This document shows positions 10,536-21,432 of a DNA stretch of 64,000 nt, one piece after another. The DNA comes from Vicinamibacterales bacterium. Lineage in GTDB: Bacteria > Acidobacteriota > Vicinamibacteria > Vicinamibacterales > UBA2999. The translations under genes were made by a program, and so were the position numbers. The notes under the pieces were generated by a model that worked only from the letters and a program-made list of their open reading frames with translations, was not told where the DNA came from and made no database searches. The stretch lies in contig JAWKHU010000034.1 in NCBI GenBank assembly GCA_041394685.1, forward strand, positions 150,827 to 214,826, read 5' to 3'. Position 1 is the stretch's first letter; every line of letters begins with the position of its first letter.

Positions 10536-12493
10536 GTTTCCATCCCGCCATGCCGTACGGCACGGAGCAGTGGCACCGCTCGCAGCGGGTCACGCTGCCC
10601 GAGGGGCCGGAGTTCGTGTTCACGCCGGAGAACCGGCAGCGGTTCGAGGACTTCGCCGCACACTACGAGCCCGGGCAGCGGCGCTCCGCCGTGCTCCATG
10701 CGCTGTACCTGGCGCAGGAACAGCAGGGCTACATCACCGCCAACGCGGCGCGTCACGTGGCCGAGGTCGTCGGCTGCACCACCGCCGACGTCGAGGACGT
10801 GGTGTCCTACTACGTGATGTTCCACCGCACGCCGGTGGGTACCTTCGTGCTGCAGGTCTGCACCACGCTCTCCTGCGCCCTCGCCGGCGCCGAGCGGGTC
10901 GTCGAGGAACTGGAGCAGAAGCTCGGCATCAAGCGCGGGGAGACGGACCCGACCGGCATGTTCACCATCATGCCGATGGAGTGCCTGGGCGCGTGCGACA
11001 AGGCGCCCGTGGTGATGGTCAACAACGACCACTGGCACGAGTGCCAGACGCCGGACGGCACCGGCGCCCTCGTGGACCGCATCAAGGCCGACGGGCTGAA
11101 GGCCCTCTCCGGCTGCCACCTCGACATCGAGCACCTGCCCGAGAGCGCGTACGCGGGCAAGACCACGACGCCGGTGAAGCCGAAGGCCGTGCCCGACTAC
11201 GAGCCGGTGCTCACCAAGTACGCCTTCACCAAGGGCGGCAACACGCTGGAGCACTACCAGCAGCACCAGCAGGGCTACGAGGGCTTGAAGAAGGCGCTGG
11301 CCATGGCGCCCGAGGCCGTCATCGAAGAGGTGAAGAAGTCGGGCCTGCGCGGCCGCGGCGGCGCCGGCTTCCCGACGGGCCTCAAGTGGCAGTTCGTGGA
11401 CAAGAAGTCGCCCAAGCCGAAGTACATCGTCTGCAACGCCGACGAGAGCGAGCCCGGCACCTTCAAGGACCATCTCCTCATGGAGCGCAACCCCCACCTG
11501 CTGGTGGAGGGGTGCCTGATCGGCTGCTACGCCATCGGCTCGAAGGCCGCCTACATCTACATCCGCGGCGAGTTCTACCACCTGTTCCCCGTCCTGCAGA
11601 AGGCAATCGACGATGCGCGCGCGGCGGGCCTGGTGGGAACCAACATCCTGGGCAGCGGCTTCGACTGCGAGGTCTACCTGCACCGCGGCGCCGGCGCATA
11701 CGAGGCGGGCGAGGAGACGGCGCTGCTCGAATCGCTCGAAGGCAAGCGCGCGCAGCCGCGCTACAAGCCTCCCTTCCCGGCGGTGGCCGGCGCGTGGGGC
11801 TGCCCGACGGCGGTCAACAACGTCGAGACGCTCTGCAACGTGCCGCTCGTGATGACGCGCGGCTCGGAGTGGTATGCGGCGCTCGGGCCCGAGAAGAACG
11901 GCGGCCCGAAGCTCTTCTGCGTCAGCGGCCACGTGAAGAACCCGGGCGTCTTCGAGGCGCCGATGAAGGTGACGCTCAAGGAGCTCATCTTCGACTACGC
12001 GGGCGGCGTGCGCGACGGCCATACGCTCAAGGGCGTCATTCCCGGCGGCTCGTCGGTGCCGATCCTCATGCCCGACCAGCTCGACATCCCGGCCAGCTTC
12101 GACGATGTGCAGAAGGCGGGGTCGCTGCTGGGCTCGGCCGCCATCATGGCCTTCGACGAGACCACCGACATCGTCTGGCTGGCGGAGAACCTGCTGCACT
12201 TCTACATGCACGAGTCGTGCGGCAAGTGCACGCCGTGCCGCGAGGGCACGCACTGGCTCTACCGGCTGCTGCAGCGCATGCTGGGCGGGCAGGGCACGGC
12301 GCGGGACATCGCGCTGCTCCAGAGCGTGGCGTCCCAGATCAACGGCAAGACCCTGTGCGCCTTCGGCGACGCGGCCGCCACCCCGGTGCTGACCACGCTC
12401 AAGTGGTTCCGGTCCGAGTTCGAGGCCTACGCGAAGGGTGACGTGCCCGCGCCGGCCGACTACCGCGCTCGCCAGCCCGTGGAGACGCACTGA
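10532..12493 (+). CDS. nuoEF: Fused NADH-quinone oxidoreductase subunits E and F in a single ORF
   Basis: One open frame. The NuoE part has 'VCTTLSCALAG...MECLGACDKAPVVMVN'. A linker of about 30 aa follows ('LDIEHLPESAYAGKTTTPVKPKAVPDYEP'). The NuoF part has 'GLRGRGGAGFPTGLKW', 'EPGTFKD' and 'ESCGKCTPCREG'. Confidence 0.85.
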   Translation: MSFHPAMPYGTEQWHRSQRVTLPEGPEFVFTPENRQRFEDFAAHYEPGQRRSAVLHALYLAQEQQGYITANAARHVAEVVGCTTADVEDVVSYYVMFHRTPVGTFVLQVCTTLSCALAGAERVVEELEQKLGIKRGETDPTGMFTIMPMECLGACDKAPVVMVNNDHWHECQTPDGTGALVDRIKADGLKALSGCHLDIEHLPESAYAGKTTTPVKPKAVPDYEPVLTKYAFTKGGNTLEHYQQHQQGYEGLKKALAMAPEAVIEEVKKSGLRGRGGAGFPTGLKWQFVDKKSPKPKYIVCNADESEPGTFKDHLLMERNPHLLVEGCLIGCYAIGSKAAYIYIRGEFYHLFPVLQKAIDDARAAGLVGTNILGSGFDCEVYLHRGAGAYEAGEETALLESLEGKRAQPRYKPPFPAVAGAWGCPTAVNNVETLCNVPLVMTRGSEWYAALGPEKNGGPKLFCVSGHVKNPGVFEAPMKVTLKELIFDYAGGVRDGHTLKGVIPGGSSVPILMPDQLDIPASFDDVQKAGSLLGSAAIMAFDETTDIVWLAENLLHFYMHESCGKCTPCREGTHWLYRLLQRMLGGQGTARDIALLQSVASQINGKTLCAFGDAAATPVLTTLKWFRSEFEAYAKGDVPAPADYRARQPVETH

Positions 12494-12494
12494 G

Positions 12495-13544
12495 ATGAGC
12501 GCCGTCCTCGACTGGCTCACGGCCCCGCAGACGATCTTCTTCTTCGGCGTGGCCATGGTCGTCTTCATGGGGCTGCAGATCTCCGCAGCCGTCTTCGTGT
12601 ACGCCGAGCGCAAGGTGTCGGCGTTCATGCAGCAGCGCTACGGCCCCTACCTGGTCGGACCGAAGGGGCTCCTCCAGCCCATCGCCGACATCGTCAAGCT
12701 GGTCTTCAAGGAAGAGCTGAAGCCGAAAGCCGCCGACACGCTGCTCTTCGCGGCGGCCCCGGTGATCTCGGCGGTGGCGGCGTTCGCGGCGTTCGCGCCG
12801 GTGCCCTTCGGCGGGTCCACGACCTTCTTCGGCCTGCTGCCGGAGCCCATGCCGCTGCAGGTGGCGGACATCAACGTCGCCGTGCTGGTGATCTTCGCCG
12901 TCACCTCGATGGGCGTCTACGGCATCGTGCTGGCGGGATGGGCGAGCAACTCCAAGTACTCGCTGCTCGGGGGCCTGCGCAGCTCCACGCAGATGATCAG
13001 CTACGAGCTGGCGTACGGCATGGCGCTGGCCACGGTGGTGATGATTGCCGGGTCGCTGTCGCTGCGCGAGATCGTGGACAGCCAGGCGGGCTACTGGTTC
13101 GGGTTCATCCCCCGGTACTACGCCTTCCTCAACCCGATCAGCTTCTTCGTCTTCACGGTGGCGGGCATCGCCGAAACCAACCGCGCGCCCTTCGACTTCC
13201 CGGAAGCGGAGCAGGAGCTGGTGGCCGGCTATCACACCGAGTACAGCTCGATGCGCTTCGCGCTGTTCTTCCTGGCCGAGTACATCAACATGGTCACGGT
13301 CGCGGCCGTGGCGACGAACCTGTACCTGGGCGGCTGGCACGGCCCGTTCCTGCCGGACTACCTGGGCTGGGTGTGGTTCCTCGTCAAGCTGTCGGCGCTC
13401 TGTTTCGGCTACCTGTGGATCCGGTGGACGCTGCCGCGGTTCCGCTACGACCAGCTCATGTCGTTCGGCTGGAAGGTGCTGCTGCCGCTGGCGACCGTCA
13501 ACCTGCTCCTGAGCGCGGCGGGGGTGCTCTACTTTGGGCTTTGA
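12495..13544 (+). CDS. nuoH: NADH-quinone oxidoreductase subunit H
   Basis: 'AERKVSAFMQQRYGPYLVGPKGLLQPIADIVKLVFKEE' and 'ETNRAPFDFPEAEQELVAGYHTEYS'. It starts 2 nt after the nuoEF stop. Confidence 0.95.
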   Translation: MSAVLDWLTAPQTIFFFGVAMVVFMGLQISAAVFVYAERKVSAFMQQRYGPYLVGPKGLLQPIADIVKLVFKEELKPKAADTLLFAAAPVISAVAAFAAFAPVPFGGSTTFFGLLPEPMPLQVADINVAVLVIFAVTSMGVYGIVLAGWASNSKYSLLGGLRSSTQMISYELAYGMALATVVMIAGSLSLREIVDSQAGYWFGFIPRYYAFLNPISFFVFTVAGIAETNRAPFDFPEAEQELVAGYHTEYSSMRFALFFLAEYINMVTVAAVATNLYLGGWHGPFLPDYLGWVWFLVKLSALCFGYLWIRWTLPRFRYDQLMSFGWKVLLPLATVNLLLSAAGVLYFGL

Positions 13545-14061
13545 TCAGCTGATGTTCTACGTGTTCGGCGCCGTGGCGGTGCTGGGGTCGCTGCTGGTGA
13601 TCGGCCAGCGGAACCCGATCTACAGCGTGCTGGCGCTGATCGTGGCCTTCTTCGGCCTCTCGGGCCTCTACGTGCTGCTCGAGTCGCCGTTCGTCGCCGT
13701 GGTGCAGATCATCATCTACGCCGGCGCGATCATGGTGCTCTTCCTCTTCGTCGTCATGCTGCTCAACGTGCCGCGCGAGGATGCCGCCGAGTGGGACCGC
13801 ACGCACCCGTTCTACCGGCCCTGGCCGCTGCGCATCGGCGCGGTGCTCGCGCTGTTGATGGCGCTGCAGCTCGGGTGGGCGCTGTCGCGCACGCCGGGGC
13901 TGGGGCTGGGCGTGGCCGAGCAGCGGCCGGCCGTGGCCTCGGTGGCCGAGCTGGGCCGCGTGCTGTTCACCGACTACATGTTCGCCTTCGAGGTCACCTC
14001 CATCCTCATCATCATCGCCATGGTGGGCGCCGTGGCGCTGGCGCGGAAGCGGGAGAACTGA
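13534..14061 (+). CDS. nuoJ: NADH-quinone oxidoreductase subunit J
   Basis: '[51 protein letters not shown]'. It overlaps the nuoH end, leaving no room for nuoI. Confidence 0.9.
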   Translation: MGFDQLMFYVFGAVAVLGSLLVIGQRNPIYSVLALIVAFFGLSGLYVLLESPFVAVVQIIIYAGAIMVLFLFVVMLLNVPREDAAEWDRTHPFYRPWPLRIGAVLALLMALQLGWALSRTPGLGLGVAEQRPAVASVAELGRVLFTDYMFAFEVTSILIIIAMVGAVALARKREN

Positions 14062-14065
14062 CGCG

Positions 14066-14365
14066 ATGCCGATTGGCTACTACCTCGTGCTGTCGGGCCT
14101 GCTCTTCTCGATCGGCTCGGCCGGCGTCTTCCTGCGCCGCAACGTCATCACGCTGCTCCTCTCCGTCGAGATCATGCTGAACGCGGTCAACCTGGCGTTC
14201 GTGGCCTTCGGCCGCCAGTTCGGCACCGTTGACGGGCAGATCATCACCTTCTTCGTCATGACCGTCGCCGCCGCAGAAGCCGCGGTGGGCCTGGCACTGG
14301 TCATCGCCCTGTTCCGCCATCGGGAGTCGCTGAACCCCGAGGCCTTCACGTCCCTGAAGTGGTAA
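14066..14365 (+). CDS. nuoK: NADH-quinone oxidoreductase subunit K
   Basis: '[21 protein letters not shown]...[19 protein letters not shown]'. Confidence 0.95.
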   Translation: MPIGYYLVLSGLLFSIGSAGVFLRRNVITLLLSVEIMLNAVNLAFVAFGRQFGTVDGQIITFFVMTVAAAEAAVGLALVIALFRHRESLNPEAFTSLKW

Positions 14366-14512
14366 CGCAGATGTCGCAGACGACACCGATGTGGAGGACG
14401 TGTTGACAGCGCTGGCAGCCGTGGACTCCCGACTTCCGATCGCGACCCCTGCCGCACCTGCAGCGCAGGAGGCCGACGCCCGACTCTCGACTCACGACTC
14501 CCGGGGGACCCG

Positions 14513-16674
14513 GTGCTAGCGCTCATCGCCCTGCTGCCGTTCGCCGGCTTTCTCGTCAACGCCACGATGGGCAGACGCCTGCCCAAGAGCGTGTCGGGCG
14601 GGCTGGCCTGTGCCGTCATGGTGCTGTCGTTCCTCGTCGCCCTGACGCAGGTGGCCGCGCTCTTCGGCATGCCGCCCGAGAGCCGCCAGATTTCCCAGCT
14701 GCTCTTCAACTGGTTCTCCGTCGGCACCTTCTCGGTGGACCTGGCGTTCCGCCTCGACGCGCTGTCGGCGGTGATGGTGCTGGTCATCACCGGCATCGGG
14801 TCGCTGATTCACATCTACTCGACCTCGTACATGCACGAGGAGACGGACCCCGAGTACGCCCGCTACTTCTCGTACCTGAACCTGTTCGTGTTCTTCATGC
14901 TCCTGCTCGTGCTCGGCTCGAACGTCCTGGTGATGTTCGTGGGCTGGGAGGGCGTGGGCCTCTGCTCCTACCTGCTGATTGGCTACTACTACGCGAAGCA
15001 GTCGGCGTCCGACGCGGCGAAGAAGGCGTTCGTGGTCAACCGGGTGGGCGACTACGCCTTCATCCTCGGGACACTGTTGACGGTGGTCACAGTCGGGTCG
15101 CTGGACTTCGTGACGATCGCGCAGACCGTGCGCGACATGCCCACCGAAGTCACGTTCGGCACGCTGTCGATCATCACGCTGCTGCTCTTCATCGGCGCCA
15201 CCGGCAAGTCCGCGCAGATTCCGCTCTACGTCTGGCTGCCCGACGCCATGGAGGGCCCGACCCCCGTCTCCGCCCTCATCCACGCGGCGACGATGGTGAC
15301 GGCGGGCGTGTACATGATCGGGCGCAACGCCGTGCTCTTCGAGCACGCCCCCATCACGCTGCAGGTGATTGCGGTGGTGGGCGCCGCCACGGCGCTCTTT
15401 GCCGGCACCATCGGCCTGGTCCAGAACGACATCAAGCGCGTGCTGGCGTATCGACCGTCTCGCAGCTCGGCTACATGTTCCTGGCCATGGGCGTGGGCGC
15501 CTTCGGCGCCGGCATCTTCCACCTCTACACACACGCGTTCTTCAAGGCCTGCCTCTTCCTCGGCTCCGGCGCCGTCATTCACGCGCTGCACGGAGAGCAG
15601 GACATCCGGAACATGGGCGGCCTCAAGAAGCACCTGCCGATCACTTACTGGACGTTCCTGGTGGCGTCGCTCGCCATTGCGGGCGTCCCGTTCCTGGCGG
15701 GCTTCTTCTCGAAGGACGAGATCCTGTTCGAGACCTTCAACCATGGCCACCAGGTGCTGTGGGTGGTCGGCGTGGTCACCTCGCTCCTGACCGCCACCTA
15801 CATGTTCCGGCTCGTGTTCCTCACCTTCCACGGGGAGGAGCGCTTCCATGACGTGCTGGCGCATGCGGGCGGGCACGGCGGCCACGGTGCGCACGGCGCG
15901 CAGGCGCACGGGCACGGCGGGCACGATCACGTGCACCTTCACGATGCGCCGCCGGCCATGGCCACCGCGCTCATCGCCCTCGCCATCGGATCGGTGCTGG
16001 CCGGCTACATCGGCGTGCCGCACGCGCTCGCGGGCTCCAATCGTCTGGGCACCTGGCTCGAACCCGCCCTGACGGCCAACAACTGCGGCGCCCCGGTCAC
16101 CACCGGCGCCCTTGCCGGCATCGCCATGGAGAACTGCGCGCCCGGTGAGGAGCCCGTGCGGGCCATGCTCACCGAGGAGCCGGCGGCCAGCCAGGCCGAG
16201 CCGGCATCGCTCGCCGTGCAGCCCGCCGAACCGGCCGAGGCCGAGGCGCACGGGGAAGAAGCGGGCGAGGCGCACGGCGAGAACACGGCGCTCGAGCTGA
16301 CGCTGATGGTGGTGTCGTCGCTCATCGCGCTCGCCGGCATCGGGCTGGCGGCGTTTCTCTGGCTGAGGAACCGGCAGATTCCGGCGCAGATGGCGGCGCA
16401 GTTTCCCGGCCTCCATCGCCTGCTGCTGAACAAGTACTACGTCGACGAGGTGTACGACGCCGCCATCGTGCAGCCGGTGAAGACGGTGTCCGCCGTCGGG
16501 CTCTGGAAGGGCATGGACGTGGCCGTCGTCGACGGCGTCGTCAACGGCGCCGGCTACGTGGTCGGCGGGCTGGCCGCCGGGCTGCGGCTGCTGCAGACAG
16601 GGTCGGTGAAGACATATGCGGCCGGGACCTTCATGGGCGTGGTGCTCATCCTCGCCTTCTACCTCTGGAGATAG
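14513..16674 (+). CDS. nuoL: NADH-quinone oxidoreductase subunit L (one frameshift near 15451; His/Gly-rich and acidic insertions at 15.85-16.3 kb)
   Basis: ORF 14513..15790 reads well up to 'KRVLAY'. ORF 15475..16674 then continues '[32 protein letters not shown]'. The expected 'STVSQLGY' is restored by a 1-nt correction. Confidence 0.9.
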
Positions 16675-16680
16675 CGCGCA

Positions 16681-18336
16681 GTGACCGGCCTCCCGATGCT
16701 CTCGCTCGCCATCCTCCTCCCCGTGCTCGGGGCCATCGTGCTGCTCTTCGTGAGCAACCGCGACGGCTCGAAGGACGGCCTCATCCGCACCATCACCTTC
16801 GGGGTGTCGCTGGTGACCTTTGCCGTCACCCGGGCCTCTGGGCCGGGTTCGACACCGCGCCGGCCGCCGAGTCGTTCCAGTTCGTCGAGCGCCACCCCTG
16901 GATTCCGACCTTCGGCATCGAGTACTACCTGGGCATCGACGGCCTCAGCCTGATGCTCATCGTGCTGACGGGCTTCCTGACGCCGATTGCGCTCCTGACG
17001 TCCTGGGAGAGCATCGAGAGCCGCGTGAAGGAGTTCTCCATCTTCATGCTGGTCCTCGAGGCCGCCATGATCGGCGTCTTCTGTTCGCTCGACCTCTTCC
17101 TCTTCTACGTCTTCTGGGACATCCTGCTCATCCCGATGTACTTCCTCATCGGGATCTGGGGCTACGACCAGCGCATCTACGCCGCGGTCAAGTTCATCCT
17201 CTACACGATGGCCGGCAGCGTGCTGATGCTGGTGGCCATCATCGGCCTCTCGTGGATGAACCACGCGGCCACGGGTGAATACAGCTTCGACCTGCTCAGG
17301 CTCTACGCGCTCGACATCCCGTTCAACACGCAGTACTGGTTCTTCCTCGCCTTTGCCATCGCCTTTGCGATCAAGGTGCCGCTGTTCCCGTTCCACACGT
17401 GGCTGCCCGATGCGCACGTGCAGGCGCCCACGCCGGGGTCCGTCATCCTGGCGGGCGTGCTGCTGAAGATGGGCGGCTACGGGCTCATCCGGTTCGCGTT
17501 CCCGCTCTTCCCTGAGGCGGGCGCCTACTTCGCCCCGCTCATCGCCGTCCTGTCGGTCATCGCCATCGTGTACGGCGCGCTGGTGGCGATGGTGCAGCCG
17601 GACATGAAGAAGCTGGTGGCCTACTCCTCGGTCAGCCACATGGGCTTCGTCGTGCTCGGCATCGCCTCGCTCAATCTCCAGGGCGTGCAGGGCGCCTCAT
17701 GCCCAGATGCTGGCGCACGGCGTCAGCACGGGCGGGCTCTTCGCGCTGGTGGGCATGATGTCCGACCGCCGCCACACGCGCCTCATCAGCGAGTACGGCG
17801 GCATCAAGAGCGTCATGCCGCGCCTGACGGCCGCGTTCCTCATCATCACGCTGTCCTCGGTGGGCCTGCCCGGCATGAACGGCTTCATCGGCGAGTTCCT
17901 CATCATGCTGGGTGCGTTCACGTGGAACCCCTGGTATGTCGTCGGCGCCGGGCTCGGCGTCATCCTCTCCGCGGTCTACATGCTCTGGATGGTGCAGCGC
18001 GTGTTCTACGGCCCCGTCACCAACGACCACAACGCCCACCTGCCGGACCTGTCGGTCCGCGAGTGGGCCATCATCGGCCCGCTGGCCGCCATGGCCATCG
18101 TGATGGGCGTCTTTCCCAACGTGTTCCTCAAGCCCATGGAGCCGGCCGTGGACCGCATCGTGCAGCGCGTGATCGCGCACCAGCCTGCCTCCGCACGCGC
18201 GAACGATGGCGTGCTACGGCAGGCAGGCCCTGACGCACGCGTGAACGATGGCGTGCTGCGGCAGGTAGGCCCGGACGCCCGCGCGAATGGCGTGCCACGG
18301 CAGGCCGAGACCCTGACGAAGGCGGGGGACAACTGA
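16681..18336 (+). CDS. nuoM: NADH-quinone oxidoreductase subunit M (frameshifts near 16832 and 17697)
   Basis: Three consecutive frames (16681.., 16953.., 17707..) together give a complete NuoM: '...[18 protein letters not shown]', '[33 protein letters not shown]' and '[13 protein letters not shown]'. Confidence 0.9.
18193..18309 (+). repeat. 42-bp in-frame tandem repeat (about 2.8 copies) in the nuoM 3' end
   Basis: It encodes '[14 protein letters not shown] / [14 protein letters not shown] / [11 protein letters not shown]'. Confidence 0.85.
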
Positions 18337-18338
18337 TC

Positions 18339-19777
18339 ATGTTCAGCAACTCCTTCGACGCGGTCATTCCCGTCATCTGCGTGACGCTGGCGGGGCTCGT
18401 GGTGATGCTCGCCGAATCCTTCCGGCGCAAGGACGAGCGCATGCCGCTCGGCGGCCTCGCCATCATCGGCCTGGTCGGGGCGGCCGCGGCCACCATCCTG
18501 CTCTGGAATCGCAACGCCACCAGCTTCGGTGTCGTCACCGCCGACAACTTCGCGCTCTTCGTCAACATGGTCATCATCGTGGTGGGCATTCTCACCGTGG
18601 TGGTGTCTTCCCAGACCGTCGAGCGCGACGGCCTGCCGGCCGGCGAGTACTACGCCACCCTCCTCTTCGCCATCGTCGGCATGATGCTGATGGCGCAGGC
18701 CACCGACCTGCTGCTGGTCTTCCTCGCGCTCGAGACGATGTCGATTGCGGTGTACGTCCTCACCGGACTCCGGCGTGACCAGTTGCAGAGCACCGAGGCG
18801 GCGTTCAAGTACTTCCTGCTCGGCGCCTTTGCCAGCTCGTTCTTCCTGTACGGCGTGGCCTTCATCTACGGCGTGACCGGCTCGACCGGCCTGGACCGCG
18901 TCGGCTCGGCGATTGCGGCCCAGTCGATGAGCGGCAACTTCATGATCCTGCTGGGCGTGGGCCTCATGCTGGTCGGCTTCGCCTTCAAGATCGCCGCGGT
19001 GCCGTTCCACATGTGGTCGCCCGACGCCTACGAGGGCGCGCCCACGGTCATCACCGGCTTCATGTCCACGGGCGTCAAGGCCGCGGCCATTGCGGCCTTC
19101 GCGCGCGTGTTCCTCTCGGCCCTCGAGCCGATGATCACCGACTGGGCGCCGGTGGTGTGGGCCATTGCCGCCGCCACGATGGTGGTGGGCACGGTGGTCG
19201 GTGTCGCGCAGACCAGCCTCAAGCGCATGCTGGCCTACTCGAGCATCGCGCACGGTGGCTACCTGCTGCTGGGCATCCTCGCCGGTAACGACGTCGGCAA
19301 GGCCGCCATCCTCTACTACCTGGCCGCCTACGCGCTGACCAACCTGGGTGCCTTCGGCATCATGGCGCTCCTCGGCTCGCGCGAGCGCGCCAACGACGAC
19401 CTGCGCGACTACGCCGGCCTCGCCAAGTCGCACCCGGCGCTGGCGGCGCTCATGACGTTCTTCCTGCTGTCGCTCGGCGGGTTCCCGCCGACCGCGGGCT
19501 TCATCGCCAAGTGGTACGTCTTCAGCGCGGCGGTGGGCGCCGGCTACTACGGTCTCGCCATCATCGGCGTGCTCTCGAGCGTTGTCTCGGTGTTCTTCTA
19601 CCTCCGCATCGTGGTGATGATGTACATGTCCGAGCGCGACGCCCGCCCGGTGCCAGGCCCGATCGCGGGCGTGGCCATGGCCGGCACGGCCGTGTCGCTC
19701 GCCGGCGTGCTCTACCTCGGCGTGCTCCCCGCACGTGCGTCGACTGGGCGCAGGCGTCCGTGTCGACGATCTTCTAG
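18339..19777 (+). CDS. nuoN: NADH-quinone oxidoreductase subunit N (frameshift near 19737; true stop TAG at 19775..19777)
   Basis: 'FKIAAVPFHMWSPDAYEGAPTVITGFMSTGVKAAA'. The natural C-terminus '...VDWAQASVSTIF*' lies in the frame of ORF 19511..19777. Confidence 0.9.
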
Positions 19778-19858
19778 TCACGAAGGACACGAAGGGGAAG
19801 CACGAAGGGCACGAAGGGAAGGCACGAAGAGCACGAAGGGGCACGGAGGCACGAAGAG
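19778..19858 (+). repeat. CACGAAGGG-type 9-nt microsatellite starting at the first base after the nuoN stop
   Basis: 'tcacgaaggacacgaaggggaagcacgaagggcacgaagggaaggcacgaagagcacgaaggggcacggaggcacgaagagg'. Confidence 0.9.
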
Positions 19859-19937
19859 GTGCCCGGGGGACGAGGCGGTCTGTGAGCAGACCCGATGCCG
19901 TGTCCCGCGGAAGCCCAGAGTCTTCCTCCTGCTGACG

Positions 19938-20119
19938 CGTTCTTCGTGCTCCTCGGGGTCTCCGCACTCTACGTGACGCCGTTCCCCATGCCTTCCGCGC
20001 TCTACGCGCTCTTCGTGCCCTCCGCGTTCTCCATGCCCTTCGTGCTCTCCGTGTTCTCTGTGTTCTCCGTGTCCTCCGTGTCCTTCGTGTTTTCCGTCCC
20101 CTTCGTGCCCTTCGTGCCT
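19938..20119 (+). repeat. Inverted-orientation (CCCTTCGTG-type) microsatellite array ending 2 nt before the symporter ATG
   Basis: '...ctcttcgtgccctccgcgttctccatgcccttcgtgctctccgtgttctctgtgttctccgtgtcctccgtgtccttcgtgttttccgtccccttcgtgcccttcgtgcc'. Confidence 0.9.
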
Positions 20120-20121
20120 CG

Positions 20122-21416
20122 ATGACGCTCACGATTCGGGTCCTGGCCGGGCTGGTCGCTGGCTTCCTGCTGGGCCTCGCGCTTGCGGGGCCGGCGGCTC
20201 CGGCGTCCACGCTCGTGGTCGGCATCCTGGCGCCAGTCGGCGAAATCTTCGTCAACCTCATTCGCATGACCGTGATTCCGCTCCTGGCCTCGATGCTGGT
20301 GGCCGGCATTGGCGGCATGCCGCGCGCGGGCGGGCTGGGGCGGACCGGGCTGCGCGGGCTGGCGATCTCGGTCGCGCTGCTGACGATGGCGGCGGCGGTG
20401 AGCGTGGTGGTGGCGCAGCCGGTGCTGGCGCGGCTCGACATCGATCCGTCGGCGGCGCAGGCGCTCCGCGCCCAGAGCGGCGTGACGGGTGCGGACGCTG
20501 CGGCGGCGGCCCCAACCCTCGGGAGCTGGCTCGTGGAACTGGTCCCGGTGAACGTGGTGCAGGCGGCCGCGGACGGAGCGGTGCTGCCCGTGATTCTGTT
20601 CTCGGTGCTGTTCGGGTGGTCGCTCAACCGGATCGAGCCTGGACGGCACGAGGCCGTGCTGCGGGTGGTGGAGGGCGTTGCCGAGACCATGCAGCGCCTC
20701 GTGGTCGGCGTCTGGCGCTGGCGCCGATCGGCGTCTTCGCGCTGGCGGTGCCTCTGGCCGCCCGCCTCGGCTGGCGGCTGCCGGCGCCGTGCTGGCCTAC
20801 GTCGGCCTCGTGGTGGTGCTCACCGTTATCGCGATCGCCGCGGTGCTCTACCCGCTCGGCGTGCTCGTCGGTCGCATGCGCCCGGCCGCCTTCGTCGCCT
20901 ACTGCGCGCCGGCGCGAGGCCATCGCCTTCGCCTCCCGGTCGTCGCTGGCCTCGCTGCCGGCCATGGTGGCCAGCGCCGAGCGCGCGGGCCTGCCGCCGA
21001 GCGCCTCACGCGTCGTGATGCCGTTCGCCATGGCGGTGTTCCACTTCGGCGCCGCCATAGCCCAGGCGGTCGGCGTGGTGTTCCTCGCACGCCTGTTCGG
21101 CGTCCAGCTGTCGCCGTCTCAACTCGCGTCCATCGTGGCGGCGGTGGTTCTCGCCTCGTATGCCGTGCCCGGCATTCCGGGCGGCAGCATCATCGGGATG
21201 GTGCCGGTGCTGATGGCGGCCGGCCTGCCGGTGGACGGCGTCGGCATCCTGCTGGCGGTGGACACCATCCCGGACATGTTCCGGACGACGGCGAACATCA
21301 CGGGGGCGATGACCCTGACGGCGATCCTGGGGCACGGAGAACACGGAGAACACGAAGGGCACGAAGGGCACGGAGGGCACGAAGGGCACGCAGGGCACGC
21401 AGGGCACGAAGGGTAG
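20122..21416 (+). CDS. Dicarboxylate/amino acid:cation symporter (DAACS/GltP-DctA family); frameshifts at about 20700-20920; His/Glu/Gly tail encoded by the microsatellite
   Basis: 'VGEIFVNLIRMTVIPLLASMLVAGI', 'SSLASLPAMVASAERAGLP', 'YAVPGIPGGSIIGM' and 'LAVDTIPDMFRTTANITGAMT'. The tail is 'GHGEHGEHEGHEGHGGHEGHAGHAGHEG'. Confidence 0.85.
21332..21413 (+). repeat. CACGAAGGG-type 9-nt microsatellite (7 GGG tracts spaced by 6 nt) forming the symporter 3' end
   Basis: 'gggcacgaagggcacggagggcacgaagggcacgcagggcacgcagggcacgaaggg'. Confidence 0.9.
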
Positions 21417-21432
21417 GAGGCTATCCTCACTT

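Noticed and set aside
19895-20125. ORFs translated from the microsatellites, for example 19895..20125(+) 'FVPFVPFVP...', 36816..37016(-) 'KAKGKRLKAKG', 21006..21478(-) and 20002..20649(-).
   Set aside because: These are pure translations of repeat units or shadows of the symporter. They have no start context and a composition dictated by the repeat.
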